Part shown: piece by piece, positions 36,740 through 49,415 of the stretch
Layout of the letters: each line of letters opens with the position of its first letter
Position numbering within the stretch: position 1 is the first letter of the stretch
DNA from: Mobula hypostoma
Taxonomy: Eukaryota
DNA: 64,000 bases
Assembly (NCBI RefSeq): GCF_963921235.1
Contig: NC_086108.1
Span: 94,490,001 to 94,554,000, forward strand
Direction of reading: 5' to 3'
Notes under the pieces: generated by a model
Database searches by the model: none
Told to the model about the DNA's origin: nothing
The model's input: only the letters and a program-made list of their open reading frames with translations
Program-made: the position numbers and the translations under genes

Positions 36740-38115
36740 TATTTGAAAACAAGATAAAGTTATCAGTATTTACCAAGGTGAAGGATGCCAATATGCTAGG
36801 GCATTTCAAGATAAAGGAGATATATCCCTAGATATACCCTAGATTATAGAAAAACGCAAGAGAAGAGATCACTGGGACCTTGACAGTCCTCGAGAAGAGA
36901 TTGCTGGGACCTTGACGGTCCTCTGGAACCTTGCCTGTTAAGAGAGATCAAGTAGCAAATGTTGTTCTATTACTCAAGAAAGAAAATGGATAATCTTAGA
37001 AATGATAAACTAGTGAGTCTCACCTCAGCAGAAGGAAAGTTACTGGAGAGGATACTGAGGGATGGAATTTATAAGCATTAGGAAAACCATGGTCTAATTA
37101 GGGCTTCGGCCCAAAAAGTCAACTGTATTCTTTTTGTAGATGTTGCCTGGCCTGCTGAGTTCCTCCAGCATTTTGTGTGTATTACTCGGATTTCCAGCAT
37201 CTGCAGATTTTCTCTTGTTTCTAATTAGGGATAGTCAGCATGGCTTTGTATGGGGCAATTCATGTCTTACTAACTTGATTCCAGTTATTTGAGGAAGTGA
37301 CAAAGGTGATTGGTGAAAGTAGACCTGTGGAGGTTGTCTACATGGATTTTAGTAAGTCACTTGTCTAGGTCCTTCATGGAGGCTCATCCAGAAGATTAAG
37401 ATGCACGGAATCCATGGCGAATTGGCTACTCGGATTCAGAATTCGCTTACCCAGACAGAGCACTGTGATCAATGGGGCCATATTCTGAGTGGAATATGTG
37501 CCTAATAGTCTCTTGCAGTAATCAACACTGGAACCTCCGCTGTTTGTTAACCCAGCCAAATATGAAGCAATGCACTTTGGGAGATCAAATGTACAGGAAC
37601 AGTACAATTAGTGGCAAGACTCTCAAGTGCTGATGTGCAAAGTCCACAACTCCTGGAAAGCAGCTGCACCCAATGACAGGCTGGTAAAGAGGGCACAAGG
37701 CTTGACGACGTTTATTAGTTGAGGAGCTGAGGTCAGGGCGATGAAGTTAGGAAGTCATGATGCAGCTTTATAAAACCCTAGTTAGGCCACATCTGCATTC
37801 AATTCTGGTTGCCCTATTATAGGACAAAGCTTTGGAGAGGGTGCAAAAGAGGTTTACCATGATGCTGTCTAGATTAGAGGGCATAAGCTACAAGGAGAGG
37901 TTGGATGAACTTGGGTTATTTTCTCTGGAGCACTAGTGGCCAAGGGGAAATCTGATAAGAGATTTATTAGATTATAAGAGGCATAGATAGAGCAGGCAGT
38001 CAGCATTGTTTTCTCAAAGTTGAAAGCCTAACAGAGGGCAAGCATTAAAGGCGAGAGGCAAGCTCAGAGAAAAGTGTGGGAAATGTATATAAATATACAC
38101 ACAGATATATATGTA

Positions 38116-38148
<33 letters not shown>

Positions 38149-38149
38149 C

Positions 38150-38199
<50 letters not shown>

Positions 38200-38440
38200 T
38201 GTGTGTGTGTGTGTATATATATGTCTGTGTGTGTATATATATATATATATATATGTCTGTGTGTGTGTGTATATATATATATGTCTGTGTGTGTGTGTAT
38301 ATATATATATGTCTGTGTGTCTGTGTGTACACACACACAAATATGATACAGGCATTCAAAAGACTCAGATAGGTACATGAATGTGCTAGAAGGATATGGA
38401 CATTGTGTAGACAGAAGACATTAGCTTGGTTTATCACATA
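36740..38440 (+). mobile_element. Old CR1 ORF2 remnant containing a Penelope mini-insert and a microsatellite
   Basis: Decayed SQHGF, YMDFSK and QLYKTLVRPHL motifs. The insert at 37104-37219 has TSD TCTAATTAGGG. Confidence 0.8.
38085..38340. repeat. Compound (TA)n/(TG)n microsatellite with a higher-order unit
   Basis: Repeating (TA)n-TGTC-(TG)n blocks. Confidence 0.97.
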
Positions 38441-41400
38441 TACAGTGAAACAAAGTGAATTGCGTCATTTGTGTTAACTACCATACTCAAGGAGGTGCTA
38501 AAAGGCTAAAGTGTCACCACACATTTCAGCGCCAACAATGCTCAACGGAGCAACAACGGCAGCAAAAGCCGTGTCCTCCCTCCCACCCACCCAGATACAC
38601 AGTCATCTAACCCCAGAACAGACCATCTTTGGCCTCCAGTGTCATTTGATTACTAATTTAGTTACAATAATGTGGGCCTGTTGCTGGGCTGTACCGTTCC
38701 ATGTTCTACAAACCTGCTCCACCACTAGGAGCTGGTGCAGAACATAATGTTGCTGCCATTTTTCCCCCTGATAGCACTCAATACCCTGCTACTAGGGTAC
38801 TGCAGCTTTCACTTTACTTCTTTATTGAATCCTTCCATGGAAACAGCTAGAAATTATAGCTATTTTCCCAACAAGCAAACACCACTAATACTTTACATTA
38901 GAATGGACTAAATGTATTCCATGGCAACACAAAAACAAGCCCTTTCAACATGGTTTATATTGCACAAATTAATTATGCCTTCAAATCCTCAGATTTCGCA
39001 ACACAACCTGAAATATGCCAGTAGGTTTTCCTATAACGCATGACTAGTAAAGAACTGCTAATTGTTGCTACGCAACCATTTGGACAAAATATATACTCAC
39101 AGCCATAAATAGGAAACTAGGAACAGACTTCCTCTTCCAGATGGTGCAGATAACACAAGCTTCCATCATAACGAAATAATGATCTGTCCAGCGCCAAGCC
39201 AAGTATTGCAAAGAAGGCCAACTATAAACTTCAGTCACAACAACCAACATTTCATTTTCATTCACTTTCAACAATAAGTCTAGATTTTAAAAAACTGATC
39301 TCTGCTCTGTTAAAATATTTTACATTGGTATGAGTAGCTTTCACTGATCTGGGGATATTACTGAACAAGATCTGGAAGAAAATGTTTTGTTTCTCTATTA
39401 AGATTCCTGTGAAAAGAATCAACGTATTTTTCCCTGATGCTTAAAAGCTGAAGTCTAAACGTGCTGTTAATGTGGTTGATAGACTTGAGAAGCTATTTGT
39501 ATAGCCTGTCAACCAGATTATGTAATACCATTCACATTACTAGAACTACTTCCAACAACTCATTGACAAGTGATTAAAACATAAGTATGCAAGGCCATTG
39601 GTCTTGCAACATTTTTATGCAATTACATAAATGTTAAATATGCCATACACGCTGAGAGGTTTGAACATTTGGCCAAATTACCAAAAGAAATACAGATTAC
39701 AAATAAGCAACATGAACTGTGATTTGCAATGACTAATATTTTAATCAAAGAGGCAAATGCTGACTTTAAACTACAGTGGGACAGACTTTCACTTTAATGA
39801 CAACTATTGTCACACAAATTCAAAACTGCACAGCTTTTTTATATAAACGGTTCAGTTGGAAAATTCCAGTAATATTGTTCATTTTCTGCTCAGAAACAGC
39901 TGATTCATAGTAACAATGTTATTTCTGTTGCATTAATCATAAACAATTTTAGTTCGATTACTATGATTTAAAAACAAATCAAAGCCTACATTTGACCAGT
40001 CAAACATGTTAAAACCTTGCCTTCCAGAACTGAACAATTTGGCAGTTTTTCTTAAAACCTACCCAAACTTTCTGCTTTCATCACAAACGAACGCTGCATT
40101 TGCTCACACCGTGTCTTTTTATAGGACGTTTTCCACGGTCTTTGGAATATTCAACAACTTTCAGCTTAAAAGCAGCTGAAAAAGAAACAGTCTGTGAAAA
40201 TCATGTAATTCGCTCTCAAGTGTGCTCACATGCCTACTGGGATCCTGACACTTTCCATGGTTAAATACTTACACGGAATTTTAATTACTGTTTTCTTTTT
40301 CAAACCACAGATTGCTAATAATATTGAAGTTTGTGGAAGATGAATAAATCCTATTATCTTGTCCAGAAAGACCCTAAAATGCTAATAAACCAAACCAGCA
40401 TTCAGGTATACCTCAAAATCATAGCCAACAGTAAATATGTAAACACTGCCACTTCTAAACTGGTATTGTAAACTATTAAAGGGGGAGGAAATGGTTGGCA
40501 GGTTCATTCAAGTACCTGTAAATAAGCTACATGCTTGGCACATATCCAGCAGCAAAACCCATACCATGTGAATAGGAAGAAATTTGATAGAGGAAAATGG
40601 TAGAGAATAGAATTTTACAATATTTAGAAGAAAGAACTGCCTTACAATTTAAATAGGAAATAACTTCCCATATTTTGATTAAGATTTCTGTCCTACCTGC
40701 ATACTTTATTACAACCTACATGCCAAGACACTATTTCAAAAAGCTAAGTCAATGAACTCAGCCAACTAACAAAAGAAACACGAAGTCACAGTCCCTCGGT
40801 AAAGACAAGTACCTAGTCAGTAACAAAACTATACATGTAGAGTAATCACAAACAAGAAATGTGTTATAGTGATGGACGATGTTGGAAGAAAAGTACCACT
40901 TTATTAGCAAAATATTCAAAAAAATTTACTGGATATAGAACAAAATTTTCTGGTAAAATCAAAGAACTCTGAACTGCTTATTTACCTCATTCAGAGAAAT
41001 ATTAAATCACAGATGTACACGAAGATTCTTACAACTTCACAGTTTAAATAAATTATGTGCATGGGTTGAATAAGATAATTGGTAAAATTTGGAGTGATTT
41101 TACATCAAAACAATACTTCACTGGGTTAAAGCATATAACATTTCATACTAACACCTGTACTTAGTCAATTGGAAATGTAGATCCATCTTTATAATTCAGA
41201 AGACTAATGTTTTACACTCTCAGCAATCAAGTGACTTTTAAAAAAAACTTCACTACTTCAATACGAAGTACCTATTTCATATACAAAAGTACTCATTTGT
41301 GCTGCTAGTTGAAAACAGGAAAATACTAAAAAAAAATTTAAACGCATTTAAGATATCAAATCAGTTTTAACAATGTTGCCTTATTTTAATCTGTAGTTAA

Positions 41401-41699
41401 CTATAAAACTATTTACATTCATTCCATAATATCAGTATAAACACTCTAACACATTCTCATGCAAATAGTGAAGCAAAACTTTTTTCTCCATTCATGTTCT
41501 TAACTTGGTACCATCCGATGATCAAAGTTGCTCTACAAGCACGATCATAAGACTTTACCACTTGGACAGGCGGCTAACATTGCCCAGTGCAGGATGTAGA
41601 TACCAGGGGGAGAAGAACGAGAAACCTCGGAACTGCTTTTAGTATTAATTTCCTATTAGCTGACTTGTTAAAAACACTCTCCACCTAACTTTCCCAAGT

Positions 41700-42545
41700 A
41701 AATTAAAGAGAGCCTGCGAGGAAACGGAAACAGAAAGTATGTCGTCCACTCTCTCTTTATTTGCCCGGGGGAAGAGGGAAAAGTTACCGAGGCCCGGACC
41801 CCCACTCCCCTCACCTTGGATAACGTGCTCCGGGGAGATGGTTTTCTTCTCCGACTTGTTGCAGATCTCGTTGGCCTCCGAAGAAATAAGGTGAATGAAC
41901 TCGGTGCAGCAGTTCACAACCAACTCCCTAGCTTCGTTCGCCACCCGCACGTTCGGCAGCGTCTCCTTGATCATTTTATTGATGGCCGCTCTGGGGATGG
42001 TCAGGTCGTCGTCGTTGTTGCCAGACGCCGAAGCCATGACTCACTTTATATACTTTTCTTTTAATAAAATAATAATAAAAAACTAAAAACCTCCCAGTTG
42101 GTCTGAACACCCCCGCCCACAGTTCAAGGGGGTGAACCAGCGGCTCCTTTTGTGGCTGAAACCCCCCTCTCCCCTCTTTTTCCACGTGGCCTTCCTCTTG
42201 CCTCGGACTTCCCCCGGCCCTCAGCCACTCTCATCCAATCTCCGACCGAGCTCCTGCAGTCCGATCACCGAGCAGAGCACCTTCCTTCCCTCCTCCTCCT
42301 CCTCCTCCCTCATTCCTCCGCACCCAGCTGCGGCGCCATCTTCAATCGTCCACCGGAAGGCATCCGCGAAGCCGCGCCGCCCCGCACTTCCGCTGGTCGC
42401 TCCTCTCCCCTCCCCCAACGCCGGCCTCGGGGGCCGTGGCCTGCCGGAGGTTGGGAAGCGCTTCTTCTCTGCTTACCTCCGGTTCCTTCCCTTCACGTTG
42501 CTGCGGCTCGGCAGCAGCTGTAAAAAAAAACTGCATTCCGCGGTA
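41700..42545 (-). promoter_or_regulatory. CpG island: DR1 promoter and 5' leader
   Basis: The most extended CpG-dense non-TE stretch in the window. It has ETS-type CCGGAAG (42353) and CGGAAGTG (about 42385-42392, minus), YY1-type AAGATGGCG (42334-42342, minus), CCAAT (42235), CACGTG (42183) and a GC box (42111-42118). Confidence 0.85.
41815..42037 (-). CDS. DR1: DR1 / NC2-beta coding exon 1 (histone-fold domain)
   Basis: ATG at 42037. MASASGNNDDDLTIPRAAINKMIKETLPNVRVANEARELVVNCCTEFIHLISSEANEICNKSEKKTISPEHVIQ is nearly identical to vertebrate DR1. Donor CAAG|GTGAGG at 41814, phase 1. Confidence 0.98.
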
Positions 42546-43334
42546 CTATACTTCCCTACTCCAAACCCCGTCCATCCCCTACCCTCGTCCTCCTACCCAC
42601 TACATCCCCACTCCTGCCCTCTACCCTCCTAACCCTAATCCCTCACTCTGTCCTTCTACCCTCTACACACCCTTTCGTCCCCCACCTCCCTCCATTGCCC
42701 CATCTCCCTGCCCTTCACTCCCCATCCACAATTCCCGATACAACCCCTCCCTTTCCACTCCTACCTCCTCGCGCTCCTCTACCTCTTTATTACATACCTT
42801 TCTATTTATTTTCATTGACCTGCTGCCCCATCCCCAATTTGTGTGTGTTTATTCATGCATACTTTCCTTTGTTATGTCATTGTCACAGACAGAGAAACTG
42901 CAATCCTACCCACATACAAGGTTGTAGAGGAGGAAAAATACCTGGGTGTGTTAATTACAGATGGATGTCATGATTTTCAATTGCTATCATTTGAATGGCA
43001 TTGTATACAGTACTCTCAAGATAGTGGTAACATTGAAGTGGATTCTGACATGGTGCAAAAAGCCTACCTAATGGTCCAGAGGTAAATCTCAAAGGGTGTG
43101 GCAGCTGCTGCCTTCACTAGATTATCTTTCAAGTGGGTTGGTTGCGTCACATTCATCACTTGAACGTACATGAAATGAGTGTTGATTGTGGAAAAAAAAT
43201 GAGTGGTGCTTTACCCTTAAAATGGCAGCAGGCCACATAATTGTGAAATAATTAGATGTGCCAATGCTGCCATGTTTCTTGGGCGATGATGGTAAGTGAT
43301 TCCCAATATGCAATTGATTATCATCTCACAATCA

Positions 43335-43525
43335 TAAACTCAAGAGATGGTGCAGATGCTGGAGATCTTGAGCCTCGCAGCAAATGCTGAAGGAACTCAG
43401 CAAGTCAGGCAGCATCTATGGAGGGGAATAAACCATTGGTGTATTGGGCTGAGATCCTTCACCAGGGCCTCCATAGCTGCTAATTGATTTCCTGCATTCC
43501 TCCACCATTTTGTGTGTGATGACTG
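43335..43525. mobile_element. Penelope-derived mini-element, partly fold-back
   Basis: GCAGATGCTGG...GGAACTCAGCAAGTCAGGCAGCATC with a degenerate inverted arm. Confidence 0.65.
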
Positions 43526-43759
43526 CACACTTCTCTCTGTGTTTTATTCATTTTAAAGAGCATTTTAGGAAAGGCCGGCATTGCCTATCTCTATTTGTCC
43601 CCGGGAATTAAACCTCTGCACTACTTGTGGTGCAGTTACTCCCCCTGCCTCGGAGCCCTTGTCTTTAGGTCTCCTTGCTCTCCTTCCCCTGGCTGTTGCT
43701 GATGCCTGCAGCTCATCAGGTTGTGCAGCGTGCGACAGATAATGATGAAGTCTCTGCAG

Positions 43760-44355
43760 CTGCCTGATGTGCCCAACTCTGTGATTCCATTGTCCAGTCG
43801 GTCTTCCCACTAACCTCCCTCTCAGCACTTACTGTATCTCTGTAAGTGGCCTAAGTGTCCGTTCACTTCCATTCGAGGCCCCAAACAGTCTTTTCAGGTG
43901 AGGCAACAATTCACCTGCGATTCTGTTGGGGTTGTCTATTGAGTACGGTGTTCCCAACATGGCCTCCTCTACATTGGTGAGACCCTTCATAAATGGGGGT
44001 CCACTTCATTGAGCACCTCTACTCTATCCATCAAAAGCAGAACTTCCCGATGGCTAAACATTTTCATTCCGATTGCCATTCTCGTACTGATCCATGGCCT
44101 CTTGTGCCAAGATGAGGCCACCCTCAGGGTGGAAGAGCAACATCTTATATTCTATGTTGGTAGCCTCCAACCTGAAGGCATGAATATCAATTTCTCCTTC
44201 GGGTGAAAAAGAATTCCTCCCCCTCCCCCTTCTTTTATTCCCCACTCTGGCCTCTTACTGCTTCTCACCTGCCTATCATTTCCCCCAGGTCCCCTCCTCC
44301 TTCTCTTTCTCCCATGGTCTGTTCTCCTCTCCTGTCATGTTCCTTCCTGTCCTGT
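43760..44355 (+). mobile_element. Penelope-like GIY-YIG remnant
   Basis: Remnants of FTC.S.GVVY...C...GLLYIGET and EEQHLIFYVGSLQPEGMNINFS. Confidence 0.8.
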
Positions 44356-44374
44356 CAGATTCCTTTATCTGAAA

Positions 44375-47300
44375 AAGGCAGCAGAAGAGATTGTGGAGGC
44401 ATTACTGAACAACTGAATGGTTCTGAGGTAATAGACAGGAGCTACAGGGAGGTGGTCACCCCAAGGCTACAGGAGAAGGATAAATGCATGACAGTCAGGA
44501 GAGGGAAGGGTGAACATCAGATAGTGAACAGCACCCCTGTGCCTGCTCCCCTCAACAGTAAGTACTCCACTTTGAGTATTGTGGGGGGGGAGGGGGATTG
44601 ACCTAGTTGGGGGAAGCAACAACGGCTCTGAGTCTGGCCCTGTGGCTCAGACGTGCAGGGAACTGAAGCGTATGGCAGCAGTAATCAGGGACTCTCTCAT
44701 CAGGGGTTAGTTAAGCGATTCTGTGGATGCAAAAAAGAAACACGGATGGTAGTTTGCCTCCCAGGTGCCAGGGTCTGCAGTGTTTCTGAACGTATCCACA
44801 ATATCCTGAAAAGGGAGGGTGAGGGCCAGAAGATGTGGTACGTAAAGTACCAATGACATGGGTAGAAATGGGGAGGAGGTCCTGAAGACAGAATTCAGGG
44901 AGTTAGGAAGGAAGCTGAGAAGCAGGAGCTCAAAGGTAGTAACCTTGGGATTACTGCCCGTGCCACGCGACAGTGAGGATCAGAATAGAATGAGGTAGCA
45001 GATAAATGAGTGGCTGAAGAATTGGGTCAGGGCAGGGATTCAGATTTCTGGATAATTGGGACCTCTTCTGGGGCAGGTGGGACCTGTACAAAAGGGACAG
45101 GTTGCACTTGAATCCAAGGGGAACCAATATTCTAGCGGGCAGGTTTACTAGAGCTGTTGAGAGTGGTTTAAACTAATATGGCAGGAGGATGGGAACCAGC
45201 ATGATAGAGCTGAGATGAACCAGCAGGTTTATAAGTAGATGATGGGTATAATATGAATGTCAGGAAAGACAAGCCAATGATTGGGTGCAAATGTTAACAA
45301 GAGCAAAGAGTTAAATTGTACCACAAAGGCAAAATTCAAAAGGGCGAAGAATGCAGGACTGAAGGTGTTGTATTTAAATGCGCAAAGCATTCGGAATAAG
45401 GTGGTGGATGAACTCGTGAAGCAATTAGAGATTGGTCGGTATGACATTGCGGGCATCACTGAGCCGTGGCTGAAAGAAGGCTATAGTTGGGAGATTAACA
45501 TCAAAGTATATACTTTGTATCGAAAGCACAAGCAGGAAGGTGTGATGTTCTGTTGGTAAGAGAAGGAATTACATCTTTAGAAAGAGGTAACATAGGGACA
45601 GAGAATCAGAATGCCGGTTATTATCACCAGCATGTGACGTGAAATCTTTGTGGGTGGAGTTAAGAAACTGCAAGGGTAAAAAAAAATTATGGGAATCAGA
45701 TATAGGCCTTCAAATAGTAACCAGGATGTGGGGTTGGGATTGCAAAGGGAGCTGGAGAAGGTGTGTAATAAGTGTAATGTCACAGTTGTAATGGGTGACT
45801 TCAATATGCAAAGGGTTTGTGAAAACCAAATTGGTGTCAGATCGCAGGAGAGGGAATTTGTTGAATGCCTATGAGATGTTTTTTTAGAGCCTGTTAGGAG
45901 AAAGGCTATCTTAGAGTGGGTATCGTGTAATAACCCAGATTTTATCAGGGAGCTTAATGTAAAGGAACCCCTAGGAAGCAGTGATCATAATATGATGGAA
46001 TTCACACTGCAGTTGGAGAGGGAGAAGCATAAGTCACATGTATCTGTATTGCAGTGGAATAAAGGGAATTACAGAGGCACGGGAGAGGAACTTGCACAGG
46101 TGGATTGGAGGAGGAAATTGTCGGGGATGACAGCAGAGCACAGATGACTGAAGTTTCTGGGAACTCACAAGGCGCAAGATATGTCCCACAGAGGAAGAAA
46201 TTCTCAAAGAGCAAGGGTAGGCAACTATGGCTGACAAAGCCTAACCTCAGTGGTTGGGAAAGTGTTGGACTCTATTATTAAGGATGAGGTTTCAAGGTAC
46301 TTGGAGACTAATGATAAAATCAGTCAAAGTCAGCATGATTTCTGTAAAGGGAAATCTTGCCTGATAAGTCTATTAGAATTCTTCAAGGAAGTAACCAGCA
46401 GGTGGACATAGGAAAGGCAGTAGATGTCATTTACTTGGATATTCAGAAGGCATTTGATAAGGTGCCACACATGAGGCTGCTAAAATCCTATGGCATTACA
46501 GGGAAGATACTGGCGTGGATAGAGAAATGACAGACAGGATGCAGCGAGTGGGAATAAGCGACTTTTCACATTGTTTGTCAGTGATTTAGATAATGGCATT
46601 GATGGCGTTGTAGCAAAGTTTGCGGATGATACCAAGATAGGTGGAGGGGTAGGTAGTGCTGAGGAAGCAATACAATTGCAGCAGGACTTAGACAAATTGG
46701 AAGAATGAGCAAAAAATTGGCAGATGGAATACAGTGTTGAGAAATGTATGATAATGCATTTTGGTAAAAGGAACAATAGAGCAGACGGTTATCTAAATGG
46801 GGAGAAGGTTCAAACATCAGAGGGACTAAGGAGTCCTCATGCAAGACTCCTAGAAGGTTAATTTACAGGTTGAGTCTGTGGTGAAGAAGGCAAGTGCAAT
46901 GTTGGCATTTATTTCAAGGGGAATAGAATATAAAAACAAGGAGATAATGCTGAGTCTTTATAAGACACTAGCCAGGCTGCACTTAGAATATTGTCAACTG
47001 TTTTGGACCCCGTACCTCAAAAAGGATGTGTTGTCATTGGAGAGAGTCTAGAGGAGATTCACAAGGATGATTCCAGGAATGAAGTGGTTAACATATGAGG
47101 AGTGTTTGGCAGCTTTGGGTCTGTACTCACTGGAATTTAGAAGAATGTGGGGGGATCTCATTGAAACCTATTGAGTGTTGAAAGGACTAGATAAGGTGGA
47201 TATGAAAAGGATGGTAGGGGTATCCAGAACTAGATGGCAGAGCCTCAAAATTGAAGGGCGACCTTTTTTGTAAGGAGGAGAATAGTGAATCTGTGGAATA

Positions 47301-47500
47301 CTCTGCCGTAGACTGCAGTGGAGACCAAGTCCATGGGTATATTTAAAGAGGAAGTTGATAGTTTCCTGATTGCCAGGGTATCAAAGGATATAGCGAGAAG
47401 GTAGGTGTATGGGTTTGAGTGTGATCCAGGATCAACCATGATGGAATGGCAGAGCGGACTTGATGGGATGAATGACCTAATTCTGCTTCTGTGTCTAGTG
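44375..47500 (+). mobile_element. Degenerate CR1 LINE (ORF1 esterase and internally deleted ORF2)
   Basis: VCLPGARV, LYLNAQSIRNK, VMGDFN and KFADD. Same subfamily as 11655-14130. Confidence 0.9.
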
Positions 47501-48130
47501 GATTAGAAAATTTCAAATGTTATTCTACTCTTTAAGAAGAGAAGAAGGCAGAAGAAAGTAAATTATAGACCAGTTGTCCTGACTTCAGTGGTTGGGAAGA
47601 TGTTGAAGTCCAGTATTAAGGATGAGGTTTTGGGGTACTTGGAAACACATGATAAAATGGGGGCAATGTCAGCATTGTTTCCTTAAAGGCAAATCTTGCC
47701 TGACAGTTCTGTTAGAAATTTGAGAAAATAACAGTCAGTGGATGTTGTTTATTTGGATTTTCAGAAGGCCTTTGACAAGGTGCCACACATGACGTTGCTT
47801 ATCATGATTAGAGCCAATGTATTATACAAAAGATACTAAAGAGTGGAAATAAAGTTTTTTTTTTAATGACCTGCAGGTGACTAGTGATGTTTGACAGGGA
47901 TTGGTGTTGGGATCACATCTTTTCATGTTATATTGGGAGGGTAAAATTGATAGCTTTGAGGCCATATTTGTGGACAATACAAAGATAGATCAGGGGCAGA
48001 TAGTGTTGAAGAGGCAGGGAGTCTGCAGAAGGGCTCAGAGAGGTAGCGAGAATGAGCAAAGAAGTGGCAGATGGAATATCGTGTAGGGAAGTGTATGGAC
48101 ATGGATCATGAAGCAATAAAGGCAATTCTC
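47500..48130 (+). mobile_element. Additional CR1 RT fragment
   Basis: Remnants of NYRPV.LTSVVGKML and YLDFQKAFDKVPH. Confidence 0.8.
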
Positions 48131-49099
48131 CCAGAAATTATCTCCAGTCAGAAAGTCAAAGGCAGGATAGCACCAAAAATGATAATGCCACACAATTCTT
48201 TTAAATAGACTTACTTTGACGTGGATGCTGCTTGATTTGACGACTGTTCAGAAAAACATAAAAAATCAGTGCAACACACACAAAATGTTGGAGACCAGAA
48301 TAGATCAGCCATCCTGCCATTCAATGAGATCATGGCTTATTCGATCTTGGCCTCAGCTCCATTGTTGTTCTTGTTCTACACAACTCCCGAGTCTCCTGTT
48401 GTCCAGAAATCTATTTCAGCCTTGAATATGTAATGGCTCAGCATACACAGGTCTTTGGCATGGAGAGTTCCAAAAGTTTGAAGCCCTTTGAGAGAAGAAA
48501 TATGTCCTAAATATATTTTATTTCCAATGCAGTCACGTTTTCTCTCATTTCCTTGTATTTTTCTTTCAGATTTCTGGTAACGAGATGCTCCTTTACCTTG
48601 TGCGTGTATGTAGATTGGAAGCATGCATATTAGTACTCTCAGCTACCAGTGTGTGGCGCTCGGTGTCCATTGCAGTTGAAATTACTTCACCCATAGATAA
48701 CGGACCGTGCACATTCCGTGTGCCAGTTTCACAGTGAAAGGAGCAATTGTCATTTCAAAATAAGAGAGTTTAATCTGTTCATTTGTGCTCAACCTTATAT
48801 TTTTGCACTAAAATAGGCATTTTAAATTTACTTACAGGATGTAGGTGTGGCCAGAAAGACAGGCATTCAGTGTTAATTTGTAACTGCGTTTTGAGAACCT
48901 GGCAGGGAGTTCTTTCATCTACTGCTGTATTTCTCCTGGTAAAGAACGAGAGTTCCAGACTCAGTCCCAGCAAGGAACCATACTTCCAGGGCAGAAGAAT
49001 GTGTGGCTTGGAAAGGAAACTGCTGGTGGATTCCATTCCCCTGCTGCTGCCTTCGTCTCAGGCAGGTGAGGGGGAACACCTGGCTTGTACTCAGAACTG

Positions 49100-49415
49100 G
49101 AGTCAGGTTTAGTATCACTGGCATATGTCATATTTTTGTTGTTTTGCTACGGCAGTATAGTGCAATAAATAATTTATAAAGACTATAAATTATAATGAAA
49201 TATATTTTAAAATAGAATAAATAAATGGTGCAAGAAGAGAAAAAAATAGTGAGGTAGCGTACATGGGTTAATTGTCCATTCAGAAATCTGATTGTGAAGA
49301 AGAAGCTGTTCCTAAAACATTGATTGTGTGTTTTCAGGTTCTTGTACCTGCTCTCTGATGCTAGCAATGAGAGGAGGGCATGTTCTGGGTGCTGGGGACG
49401 GTCCTTAATGAAGGA
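49100..49415 (-). mobile_element. Rex1/Babar-like 3' fragment
   Basis: RYKNLKTH..CFRNSFF..IRFLN on the minus strand. Confidence 0.65.

Noticed and set aside
36859..36925. Short tandem duplications (also about 29557-29592 and 61931/62008)
   Set aside because: Ordinary local slippage or repair duplications with no further structure.
38014..38437. Six overlapping ORFs rich in Y/I/H/T/C/V
   Set aside because: They are translations of a TA/TG microsatellite.
42043..42052. TATA box (TATATAAAG) for DR1
   Set aside because: It is only about 5-15 nt from the start codon, so a TSS 25-30 nt downstream would fall inside the CDS.
42626..42645. Telomere-like CCTAACCCTAATCCC
   Set aside because: Fewer than three units in a C-rich tract, which is expected by chance.
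42132..42973. Pro/Ser-rich plus-strand ORFs as a divergent gene
   Set aside because: They are low-complexity products of the C-rich CpG island, mostly with non-ATG starts and no recognisable domain.
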